From NCBI GenBank assembly GCA_002269645.1, contig NIVC01000150.1:248001-312000 (forward strand): a DNA stretch of 64,000 nt, written 5' to 3'. Source of the DNA: Macrostomum lignano (Eukaryota). This document shows positions 21,589 to 32,200 of this stretch, one piece after another (positions within the stretch are counted from its first letter, which is position 1; every line of letters starts with the position of its first letter). The notes below the pieces were generated by a model. It made no database searches, was not told the DNA's origin, and worked only from the letters and a program-made list of their open reading frames with translations. The translations under genes were made by a program, and so were the position numbers.

Positions 21589-21606
21589 GCCGCTGTTGAA
21601 AGAAAA

Positions 21607-22890
21607 ATGACTGAGTGCCTGTGTACAAAGTAGGAATTCGAGCTATTTGCTCCTCGAGCACACCAAATTGCTGCAATTAGCGCCACCACTGAAGAAGTTC
21701 ACCCTGTTGCCAGTGTTGAAAATGCCAGCGTGGTCGAATTTAGGATTGTTGGTGGTGAGACGTTTATCGATCTTAACGACATTGACCTCGAGATTAAGGC
21801 CCGCGTTAGGCAATCTAATGGCACAAATCTTGCTGCTGATTCGAATGTTGCGCCGGTCAATTACGTCCTTGAAAGCATGTTTAAAAACGTCACGTTGACA
21901 ATCAACGGGACCCACGTAGAGTCGAGCAATAACGACCACGCTTTCAAGGCCTATATTCGCACGTGTTTGAATTACGGACACGATTCAAAAACCAACCAAC
22001 TGAGAATGATGGGCTACGCAAAGGACGCTGGAGGTCAAATGGCTGTGGTTGGAAATCCTGGTTTTGTAGCCCGCAAGGCGATGGCGGCAAACTCACGCAC
22101 CTTTCACCTTTATGGACCTCTTAGTTTAGACTTTTTTGTTACCAACGACCGAATGCTGCTGCCATACACTGATATGGTAATTACGCTAACTATGCACAAT
22201 TCCGGCTTCGTTTTGGAAAACCACGCGGACGGGGTTGAGGCGCGGCTGGTACTCGAGAGTGCCAAACTACATGTGCGCCGCGTCAAGGCAAACCCTCAAC
22301 TGGCATTGGAGATTGAAGAACAACTAGGCAAACAGAATGCAATCTATCCGATTGAGCGACTTGTTGTGCACAATACTTCAGTGGCTGGCGGTGTTCGGGA
22401 CATGTCAATCAACAATATATTTCCTGAACAAAAGCCTAAACTAGTGGTTGTTGGCATGGTAAACAGCGGCGCATACAACGGTGTGGCTACACATAACCCG
22501 TTTAATTTTGAGCCATTTGGAGCCGACAGTGTGGCTCTGTATAAGGACGGAGTCAGTCTGTGTGGACAACCGTTTACTCCTCGATTCGGTGTTCATAACT
22601 ATGCTCGCGAGTATGCTATGCTACTAAAAAGCCTAGGATAGATGAATCGGGACCTGGATATTGACGTATCATATTCCGACTATGGAGCTGGCTACTGCTT
22701 CTTCGCCTGGAATCTCATGCCCGACATGGAGCTGGGTGGGCATAGCATGCCTCGCGAGCGAGGGAATCTGACGCTACAAATAAAGTTTTCTGCTGCCTTG
22801 GCCACAGGAATCAACGTGTTGGTGTTTGGCTACTTTGACAATACTGTGCAGATCACTCGCGGTCGTCAGGTTATTCTAGACTACGTGTAG
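21607..22890 (+). pseudogene. Double jelly-roll major capsid protein (hexon-like) with two in-frame TAG stops (21631-21633, 22639-22641)
   Basis: One frame from ATG 21607: ECLCTK*EFELF..., VEFRI, APVNYVLESMFKNVTL, GAYNGVATHNPFNFEPF, GYCFFAWNL, GNLTLQIKFSAAL. These match Polinton MCP motifs. Confidence 0.9.
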
Positions 22891-22940
22891 AAACAAACAA
22901 CTTTTTTTTATTCCCGAATAACGGCCGTATTCATGCCGAT

Positions 22941-23390
22941 ATGAATAGTTTAGATATATTAGAACGTCTAATACTGCCTGTCCCTGTTCGAGTAACACCA
23001 GTTGACAGGATTCCGCAGCCTGTTTATCCTGCTGCATACGTGATTAACTTTGACACTGGCAATCTACCAGGCACTCACTGGGCTTTGATTTGTCTTCATG
23101 CCGATGAGAGCGTGACATTTTTTGACCCCTTGTGTAGTGATCCTGTGCCGGATTTATTAAAGTTGTGGATCGCAAAGTATGTCCCTGTGGAGGTGGCCAT
23201 GAACCGGCATCCTGTACAGCATCCGCTAAGTGTGACCTGCGGGGCTCATGTAATATTTGTGGCTGAAAAACACTTTCTGGAGTGTCTGCCGATTGAAAAA
23301 ATATTGCGCGACTGTTATAGCAAAAATCTTTATGAGAACGACTTGATGGTGCAGAATCACTGTCTACAAATAAAGCAGCATCATCCATAA
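22941..23390 (+). CDS. Adenain-like (Ulp1-fold) cysteine maturation protease
   Basis: Catalytic H (GTHW), D (FFDP), oxyanion Q (VQH) and C (TCGAH) are all present. Confidence 0.92.
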   Translation: MNSLDILERLILPVPVRVTPVDRIPQPVYPAAYVINFDTGNLPGTHWALICLHADESVTFFDPLCSDPVPDLLKLWIAKYVPVEVAMNRHPVQHPLSVTCGAHVIFVAEKHFLECLPIEKILRDCYSKNLYENDLMVQNHCLQIKQHHP

Positions 23391-23392
23391 AT

Positions 23393-24043
23393 ATGATTGG
23401 GCTGCCTATCAAAATGTATCAAACAATAGACCCCGACTCTTTAAAATTTGCCCCCAAAACGTCTGCAATTTTTGCTGGGGTGGCTCAAAGCGGCAAGACC
23501 ACACTTGTGAAAAACCTATTGAGGCAAGAATTTTTTCAAGATCCGAAGCCGATTCGCGTAGACTGGTTTGGCCACTATCCGGATCCTGAACTGTTTGAAT
23601 TGCCGTACCCTGTAAATTTTCGTTCGTGTACATTTGACCCTGAACAATATGTCCCTGAACCAAATATTCTGCTTGTCGTCGACGACCAAATGCATGCCAT
23701 GGAAAAGAGTGGCGCTTTTACAACTTTTTTCACGCGCAAAGTCTCCCACGTCGGGTTCCGACTTTGGTATCTTGTGCAAAACCTGTTTGCAAAGGGTAAG
23801 GAGCACCGAACTCAGTCGCTCAATTCGAACTACCTTGTTTTATTCCGCAATGTACGGGATGCCAGCACAGTGTCTCATATTGCAAGGCAGCTTGTCCCCA
23901 CTAATCCAAAAAGTTTTGTCAAAACGTATAAGGATGCTACTCGCGACCCCTACTTATACTTGATTGTAAACTGTTTGCAAAATGCTCCTGCTCGTTATTA
24001 TTCAAGCGTTTTGGGTCGTCACCCAATTGTGTATGCTAAATAA
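23393..24043 (+). CDS. A32/FtsK-like genome packaging ATPase
   Basis: Walker A GVAQSGKT, Walker B LLVVDD, TRKVSH, QNLF and RTQSLNSNYLVLFRN. May start at ATG 23414. Confidence 0.93.
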   Translation: MIGLPIKMYQTIDPDSLKFAPKTSAIFAGVAQSGKTTLVKNLLRQEFFQDPKPIRVDWFGHYPDPELFELPYPVNFRSCTFDPEQYVPEPNILLVVDDQMHAMEKSGAFTTFFTRKVSHVGFRLWYLVQNLFAKGKEHRTQSLNSNYLVLFRNVRDASTVSHIARQLVPTNPKSFVKTYKDATRDPYLYLIVNCLQNAPARYYSSVLGRHPIVYAK

Positions 24044-24219
24044 ATCGTATACGTATCAAAGCTCGGCCGGCTTTTTGTGTAAATATATACGCCTTTTGAA
24101 AACTTATTTGACTCTGGGAGAGGGGGTTGAGGATGACGTAATTGTCTCGGAGTGCAGTCGACGAGGGCTGAATTCTAGAGGGGTTGAAGTATGGATGGAG
24201 TGGATATAGCAGTGTTGAC

Positions 24220-24817
24220 AGCAGCGATTTACAGCGGCTGACTCATCATGCGCGCGCGCGGCGGCCGCCAATTTTGTAGGGGTCACAGAATATTTTCTTG
24301 GATGCTAATTCTGCGCGTACAGTTATGGGGTGGGTGGGCGCTACAATTCTGCCAATTTTGGATGTATATATGGACAGTAAATATGGACAGTTATGGGGTG
24401 AGTGGGCGCGCTACAATTCTGCCAATTTTGGTATATGGACAGTTAATATGGACAGTTATGGGGTGGGTGGGGGCGCTACAATTCTGCCAATTTTGGTATA
24501 TGGACAGTTAATATGGACAGTTAATTCTGCGTACACCAATGCTGCGGGGTTGGGCGCGCTTCTGCGTACAACAACGGCGGAGCGCTAATTATGCGTACTA
24601 CTGGTCCTCGCTTCTGTACGACACAGTGTACACAAATGGAAATGTACACTGATTACATGTATAATTGGATTTACATGAGAGTACATGCATATCTCACATA
24701 ATGACTCTGGACCAATTAGAAGAGGTCTAGTGCATTTAGATAGGCGTTGAATTTGCATTGGCTCTGACACCCACCTCACCTCCAAAACCCTGCTCTATCT
24801 ACGTGATACGTAGTAGT
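24220..24817. repeat. Right TIR (598 bp)
   Basis: Ends ...CTACGTGATACGTAGTAGT, followed by the TSD ATCTCT. Confidence 0.95.
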
Positions 24818-25599
24818 ATCTCTTGGTAAACAAGACATTTCTGTCCCTCTCGCTCTTGCACACTGAATTGCAAAATGCACAGGGCACTATGTTCCTGACC
24901 GCCACGTAGAGCAAAATGCAAGCCGTTAAGATAAAACAAAGTTCTGATCAGACTCGTAGGATCTTTGTCGCCTAACACTTTCTCCCAAAGTTTCTCCTCG
25001 TCTTCGTAGCCAACAACTTCAGCACATTTCCTGGCTAGTCCTCAGCCATTTCTCATCCCAATCTTCATGGCGGCGTCCAGACTTCCACGCACAATGCTGA
25101 ATCGCTCATTGCGAAAGAAATCAACTTTACGCACCTTGCAGATAGTTTGTTGCAGACCAGCAACAATTGACACGAGTGTGTTTGGCGGATATTGAGTCCC
25201 ATCGGCACGGGTCACTTCGTGAATGAAAACAGGAAGGTATTCGTTTAGCTCATCATCGCTAAGTTCTTGCACAGCACGAATAGAATCGTTGGAACGGCCA
25301 GAGCGCCACCTATCAAAGACGCCAACGGACCACTTGTTCCGATTGGCGGTATTGGCAGGCTTTGTCGACTCGTTAAGTGATCGAACCATATCGAGAGTCA
25401 AGTCCTTGGGCAGCGTTGATGGACCAGGTTCTTCACGCGACGATCGCACCTCTTGCAATGCGTAGGGGTTCCTCAAATCTGCACCAGTGTCTAGCAGTAG
25501 GTCTAAATCGTCCATCGTAAGCACATTTGGATCATAGTCTCCGACGTAGTCTTTGGAATAATCAACCAACGGGTTTAAAATGAGTCTTCGTTCTGCCAT
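24818..25599 (-). pseudogene. N-terminal half of the same Crypton-type tyrosine recombinase (one in-frame TGA at 25042-25044)
   Basis: FIHEVTRADGTQYPPNTL...LDAAMK. Reading past the TGA in the same frame gives GLARKCAEVVGYEDEEKLWEKVLGDKDPTSLIRTLFYLNGLHFALRGGQEH (catalytic R)...KCLVYQE. Confidence 0.88.
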
Positions 25600-25857
25600 T
25601 ATTTGTTTCAGTTAAAGTGAAATTAACTAGAGTCAATTATTTGAAGTTTGTTATAGTGAGGCTTTCCAGCTATTTATCTGTCCTCTGTCTGTCTTTATAA
25701 AATATGTCTATGGTATAGAATGTGGGGGCTTCGCCCCCACACCCCCAATACAGTATTGATGTCTATGGCCAATTTGCGGGTTGTAATTAAATACAACCCG
25801 GAGAATTTTTACTAGCTGTTATATAAATTAGCGGGTTGTATTTTTAGCGCATGAATT

Positions 25858-26129
25858 TAAGTGAGATGACACATAGAGTTGAGGGATGTATTTATTTAAG
25901 CCCCGAGGGCCTCTCAGATCCTCAGTTGCTGCATGGACCAGCCTCTCAGATCCTCAGTTGCTGGACCAGCCTCTGAGATCCTCAGTTGCTGCATGGACCA
26001 GCCTCTCGGATCCTCAGTTGCTGGACCAGCCTCTCAGATCCCCAGTTGCTGGACCAGCCTCTCAGATCCTCAGTGCCCTCAGGGCTTAAATAAATACATC
26101 CCTTAACTCTATGTATTATCTTATACTTA
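25858..26129. mobile_element. Small foldback element: ~55-bp inverted arms enclosing a short tandem array
   Basis: CATAGAGTTGAGGGATGTATTTATTTAAGCCCCGAGGGC vs GCCCTCAGGGCTTAAATAAATACATCCCTTAACTCTATG. Internal CTCTCAGATCCTCAGTTGCT(GCAT)GGACCAGC repeats. Confidence 0.7.
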
Positions 26130-27513
26130 CTAAGTCGGTTTTGTAATACTTGTGACTGGTATACGTTTCTCGTAAATACATCTCTGACCTCTTCGCTTAC
26201 ATGTACAGTACTCAGTTTAATTGTCTATGGGGGAAACCGATGGGCAATATTGAGGCTGTAAATTAAAACAATTTTAGGCCTTGTACCTTGAATTTTAGCA
26301 CCATGATAAAACGGCGGTCGTTGGGCAAGAGAGAACAAGGGGTCGAAGGATCTATTTCGTGAAGGATATCTGTCTACTGATCTAATTAACGCACGCGAAC
26401 ATGAAGGAAGAGGTGAAGAAGCGATGAAGAAGTCAATGGAAGCAACGAAGAAGACGCAGGAAGCGACGAGCGAACCACGAATCAGGATATCGCCTGCTGG
26501 ATGCGATCATAACAACGCGACGAGGGAGGACTTTCTGCATTTTGCGGCACGATGAATATCAAAAGGACAACGGCATACTAATCATTCGAATGGGCCGGCG
26601 ACACAGGGAAAATGCCAAGAATGGTACCCCACTATGGTTCCACTTATGTGCCAAGATGCCTGGCACGTGTGCCAATCCACCGTGACGGAATGGGTTGATG
26701 AATGAATGAACTGCCAAAGCAGCCAAAGCTTACAAACTGCAGCTCTAGACTGTTAATTTTTTTTGCATGCTGCTACTTTAATTCTTTTCTCTTCTCTTGC
26801 GTTCATGCACACTGTTGTTGAAAGTTAAGACAACATATTTTAGGATGTGAGGTCGGGCGCCTATCTTACGGAATGTGCATTATAGTCTCCCATTCTCTCT
26901 CTCTCTCTCGAGGTCAGAGGCAGAGGTTACAGGAAGCAGAAGTCTGAAGGGCTCAGATGAGTGTGTCTAAATTGAATGTGAGCTTTGCGCTCTAAAAGAG
27001 GAAACTGTTTTAAATTGAATATCCACTCTAAAACGAATATCTGATAAATCAATTGAAGTTCGCTTTGTCTAATTTGAAAGTCTAACTGTCGATTTTTCTA
27101 AATTGTATTGCAGATTTTGTTGAAATTGAACGAAAAAAATGCACCAGCTAGGCAGCTGGACTAAATTATATGGAATATGCAGGATGCGTTAACAGCTGGA
27201 CTACGTTTGGAATATGCATGCAGGATGCGTCACCAGCTGGACTACATTGGAATTATGCAGGATGCGTCACCAGCTGCTGGACTAAATTGGAATATGCAGG
27301 ATGCGCCACCAGTGGGACGATCAATTCTCGGCCATACAGAAATACCAATGTCGTAGCTAGTGAGCACCTGGGGTTGTCCTGGTAAAGCAGCAAGCCACGA
27401 TAAGAAGCCCGGCGCGCGGCCGGCATTTGCATTGAATACATGTGCAAGCGACAGGCACAGGTGATAAACAATAATCGGGCATTGACTGTACGCCGCCTGT
27501 CCTGGAGCGCTAC

Positions 27514-30500
27514 ATGCAGTCGCCAGGTGGCCAGCCTTGGCTGAAGAAATTGTCACGACCATCTGCTTCCCGACGAGGTCTCATGTTTGAGACCTGCCGA
27601 CAGCTGGAGGGCGAAGGAATCGATGCCTGGTATGTCCGACTGAAGAAACTGGCGGAGCCATGCAAGTTCGGCGACTTGAGCAACTCGCTAATCCGGGACA
27701 AGATTGTGGCGTACTGCCGGTCTGAGAAAATGCGGCGCGATCTGCTGCAGTCAGGCGACATCAGCCTGGCTGACACGCTGACCAAGATCCGCGCCAGAGA
27801 AACAGCGGAGCGACAGGCGCAAGCAATGGAGCTCGGCAGCCGACCGGTGCCGGAGGACGTGGCAGCAGTGAGCAGCAGCGGCCGCGGCTCGAGAGCGGCA
27901 GACGGAAAGTCGCAGGTCACCTGCAACCGGTGCGGCAGACAAGGGCATGCTGAATGCGACGCCGCCCGGGGCAAGTCCTGTAGGAAATGCGGCAAAATCG
28001 GACATTTCGCCCGTGCGTGCAGGTCCAGTAAGGCCGGCCAGCTCAACGCCATCCCGAGCGAGCAGGAGAACGTGACCTACCTGCTGGACAAAGACTCCGC
28101 TCCAGTCCAAGAGGGAATCTTCCACGTAACCAGTGATCCGGCGTCAGCGAGAGTGACCACTCAAATCGGCGGCACCTCCATGGACATCCTTATCGACAGC
28201 GGGGCCGGCTGCAACATCATGGACGTCAGCAGTTTCAATGGCCTGCCACACCGACCCCCACTGCAGCCAGCCAGCAGCCGGCTGTTTGCCTACGGAAGCT
28301 CGCACCCACTGAAGCTGGTCGGCAAGGTGACCCTGCCTGTAAATGTTTTTGGTGTCTCCAGAGACGCGCCCTTTTTTATATTCGACGGCAGGGGCGCGAC
28401 GGTCCTCGGCAGAAAATCTGCAATCGAAATGAAGATCCTCCGTATCGGCCCACCCAGCAGTCAGCCGACACCGGAGGTTCTCGCCGTCCACCGATGAGAG
28501 GGCCTCATCGACCAACTGCTCAAAGGAAATCGACTAGCGGACGAAGGCCTCCCAAAGCAACTGCAGCTGAGCCGCATCCTCACCAAGCACGCTCAGGTGT
28601 TCAGCGGCATCGGATGCGTCAAGAACTACACGGCAACGATCCACCTGACGGAGGACGCAAGGCCGGTCTGCCACGCTATCAAGGGTTCCTGTCCACCTGG
28701 CCGCAGCGGTCGACAAGGAGCTCAAGCTGCTAGGGGACCTAGACATCATCGAGCCTGTCAACGGCCCGGCACCCTGGGTGGCTCGGATGGTCGTGGTGCC
28801 AAAGGCGCAGACCGGCGAAGTTCGAATCACCCAGGACCTCCGAGATGTCAACAGGTTCGTCATCAGGGAGCGACATCAAATCCCAACTTTCGAGGAGGTG
28901 ACCGGGTGCATGGCAGGCGCCAAAGTCTTCTCGGAGCTGGATGTCTCCAAGGATTTCTACCAGATCCTTGTGGCGGAAAGCTGCAGGAACCTGCTGACCT
29001 CGACACCACGGGGGCTGCGACGGCTCAAGCGGTTGTGCATGGGCCTCTCCACGGCTCAGGAAATCCCCCAAGTCGTCATGTCAGGCATCCTGGCTGGACT
29101 CGACAAGGTCAAGTGGATCCATGACGACATCGTTGTTTTCGGGAACTCCTTGGAGGAGCACAACAGGAATCTGGCAGCATGCCTCGCCCGCCTCCAGCAG
29201 CACGGCGTCACGCTCAATCCCGGAAAGTGCTAGCTGGCCAGAAACAAGATCACATTCATGGGCATGCAGCTCTCAGCCAGTGGAGTGCAGCCCACCGAAG
29301 ACAAGATTGAGACAGTCAATGCATTCAAGGCTCCAGAGACCGCCAGCCAGGTGAGGTCATTTCTAGGCCTTGTCAACTACCTGGCTGTGTTCACACCGCA
29401 GCTGTCAAAAATCGCTGAGCCACTGCGGCGCCTGACGAAGAAAGGCGCGGTCTGGAGATGGAGCGAAGCTGAAGACGCCGCTTTCAAGCAGCTGAAACAG
29501 CAGATCACGGAAGCCGGCGCCCTTAGCTTCTTCGACAAGAGACTGCAAACCGAGCTCATAGTCGACGCCGGTCCGAGGGGACTCGGAGCCATCTTGGCGC
29601 AGCGGCGAGGAGATGGCACTTCAAGACCAGTGGCCTATGCCAGCCGGTCGCTCTCCGATGTAGAGTCCAGATACTCCCAGACCGAAAAGGAGGCGCTGGC
29701 AGTAAAATTCGGATGTCTCCGATTCCAATACTACCTGCACGGCGCACCTCGTTTCGATGTGATCACGGACCACAGGCCGTTGGTCAACATGCTGGCGCCA
29801 GGGCCGCCTCCTAGAGTCGAGCGAATGGCTCTGCAGATTCAGCACATGAACTTCAAGGTGGTGTACCGCCCAGGGCCCCAGAATGCGGCAGACATCCTCA
29901 GCCGACAACCGCTAGCGACATCCGGGCACAACAAAGATGCACAGCGGAACTCCGCCAGCATCGGCGCGGTACTGCAGGCCGCGGTGCCGAGAGCGCTCAC
30001 GGTAGAGGACATCAGGCGGCACTCGCAGGCTGACCCGCTGATCAAAGCCGCAATCTGTGGGACCTCGGCCACCCGGAGCTGAGGTCACTGCATGCACTAC
30101 GAGACGAGCTTGCTGAGGAGGACGGAGTGCTGCTTCGGCGGGACAGGATTGTGGTGCCAATTGCAGCCTCCGGGAGACAATGTTGCGCCTCGCACATGCC
30201 GGACACCTGGGACTGCGGAAGACACTGGCCAGGCTGAGCAGCAAAGTCTGGTGGCCAAAGATGAGCGCAGATGCGGACAAGGCCGTCAGCAGTTGCCGCA
30301 GCTGCATCATGACATCACATAAGCAGACAGTCAGCGCGACGCCACTGCAGCCGTCCAGCATCCCCAGGGGCGCCTGGCTGTCGATTGGCGCCGACTTCCT
30401 CGGTCCGGTGCAGAACAAGATGCTGCTCGTCTGCGTGGATCTTTACTCCCGGTATCCCGAGGTGCAGGTCATGCAGTCTACTACAGCGGAGGCAGTCATC

Positions 30501-31275
30501 CCGAAGCTGCGGGAATCATTCTGCAGGTTCGGCATCCCAGAGGAGATCGTTACGGACAATGGGCCTCCATTCTCGTCGGCGCAGTTCAAGGACTTCCTCA
30601 GGAGCTTCGGAATTCGACACCGGGCCATCACTCCGCTCTACCCTGCGGCCAACGGTATGACCGAGCGCCTGAACAGATCGATCAACAAGGTCGTCCGCGC
30701 TGCAATCGCGGAGAGCAGGGACTGGCGCGAGGCTCTGAACGAGTGGATTCTGGCGTACCGGACGGCGCCACACGCCACAACTGGACGCGCACCCGCGGAG
30801 CTGCTGATGGGCCACGCTATGGGCAACGGCGTCCCCGGCCGGCAGCCACCAGCGCGGGTGCGCATCAACGACAAGGAGCTGCGGGAGCACGACCGCAAGC
30901 AGAAGCTGACGATGAAGCGGCACGCCGACGCTGCTCGGAGACCAAGAGAGCACAACTACGCGGTCGGCGACCAGGTGCTGCGGAAACGCGTCAACCCGCT
31001 GAAGGGCCAAACCCCATTCGAGAGCGAGCCCTGGACTGTGACCAAAGTGCAAGGCAACTCGCTGCAGCTACGGCGCGGTCAGGCCACCTGTCGGCGACAC
31101 TGCACGGCCCTGAAGGCGCTGCCACCGGAGCCCGACCTGGTGGAGCCGCAGGCGGCGGCACCCGACGCTGCCGGCCCCGCCGACGTCGAGCAGGACGTGC
31201 CGATTGCCCGCACCCCGCATCCGAGAGCGGCGAAGGAGGGAGTCAAAGTCTACACTTGATTGAGGGGGTGATTTG
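27514..31275 (+). mobile_element. Degenerate Ty3/Gypsy LTR retrotransposon (gag-pro-RT-RNaseH-integrase), 5' truncated
   Basis: Gag CRKCGKIGHFARAC, protease LIDSGA, RT IHDDIVVFG, RNase H VDAGPRG...YSQTEKE...DVITDHRPL, integrase HAGHLG...CRSC, ADFLGP, TDNGPPF, NGMTER. Polypurine tract GAGGGGGTGA at ~31263. Several stops and frameshifts. Confidence 0.93.
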
Positions 31276-31729
31276 ATAGTCTTAAAATCCGTTGAAACTG
31301 TTTAAAAATGTTTGAAACTGTTAAATGCCTTTTGTAACCTTTTGCGTTTTTTCGTTTCTCGAAATGCTTTTATATCCGGCTGCGTCCGTTGTTTTTTATT
31401 CAATGTCAGCGGCAAACAATATTTTATTTCCCCTGCAATCGGTATGTCGTTTGAGTCTCCCCGCGCTTCTAATGCAAGCATCGAGTTTTCAAAAAGTGAT
31501 TTTCTTTTCTGCGTTGAGGAGAGATGTGAGCCATTGATTTGCTATAGAGCGCCCACCCCATTTTTCCGGCTCCGTACGTCAGCCGGCTTTCTCTCTCTAA
31601 CTCTCGCCCCCTTATCTGTACTGGTAGTAAGCAAAGTGTACATTTACGACCACCACCCCACGCAATGCAGTAGTCGACTAAATATTAAATAAATAGCATC
31701 GTTTCGCCCACTGTGGCTTTCGTACTTCT

Positions 31730-32200
31730 GCGTGCAACTGCCAAATCATGCATTGAACTCTTACAGCATCGTCGGGATCGAGCCAAAACGCGGACTGTGG
31801 TTTCCTGGTAGTTTACCGGGAGACCCAACTCCTCATTACGTACCCGTCATGATCTCCCAGCATCGCTTTGAGGGTGCCAGAGTCGAATCTTTTGAGCATA
31901 AACTTGCACCAACGCACCCTCTCTCCGCCTTTATATTATTGGTCCTCGGTCAGATTGTGGCTATAGCTAGGCCACATATGCAGGCTCCCAGCTTGTCGCA
32001 CAGCTTGTCCTCTGCCGATCTAATCCCAGAGAGCCCCGATCTGATTTCTCTGCACAGCAGGTTTACTTGCCGCGGTATATCGATCATTCTCTGGACAGCA
32101 GCGATGTTTTCTTCAATATGACAGCAGAAGCTGGGCGGTCGACCTGTCCGAGTCTCGTCACCGAGGTTGCTCCATCAATGCATGAGCGCATATAACTAAA
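31730..32200 (-). pseudogene. Degenerate mariner transposase fragment
   Basis: Broken minus-strand frames give GRP...EENIAAVQRMI and HNLTEDQ...RVRWCKFMLKRFDSG, typical mariner blocks. Confidence 0.65.

Larger units (their letters stand above)
16894..23372 (+). promoter_or_regulatory. Recurrent TATAAATA promoter motif in front of element genes
   Basis: TATAAATA at 16895, 17674, 17970, 18737, 19937, 21144 and 21534, plus a TACAAATA variant at 23365. Mostly 45-75 nt before the next ATG. Confidence 0.75.
13798..24817 (+). mobile_element. Polinton/Maverick (adintovirus-like) endogenous viral element, 11,020 bp, lacking a visible protein-primed DNA polymerase
   Basis: TIRs at 13798-14392 and 24220-24817. 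6-bp TSD ATCTCT at 13792-13797 and 24818-24823. Contains rve integrase, minor and major capsid, adenain and A32-like ATPase, all on the + strand. Confidence 0.95.

Noticed and set aside
21607-22890. Programmed amber readthrough or an alternative genetic code in the capsid gene
   Set aside because: Other element genes end normally at TAG, and the other lesions are TAA, a frameshift and an insertion. The first TAG sits where a Ser (TCG) is expected, so simple decay is more parsimonious.
13254-25599. Tyrosine recombinase as the element's own integrase (as in some Polinton-like viruses)
   Set aside because: It lies outside the TIRs and is split by the element with a 6-bp TSD. The element has its own rve integrase.
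26900-27560. 5' LTR and primer-binding site of the Gypsy element
   Set aside because: I found no match to the sequence after the polypurine tract (31270 onward). Gag appears 5' truncated.
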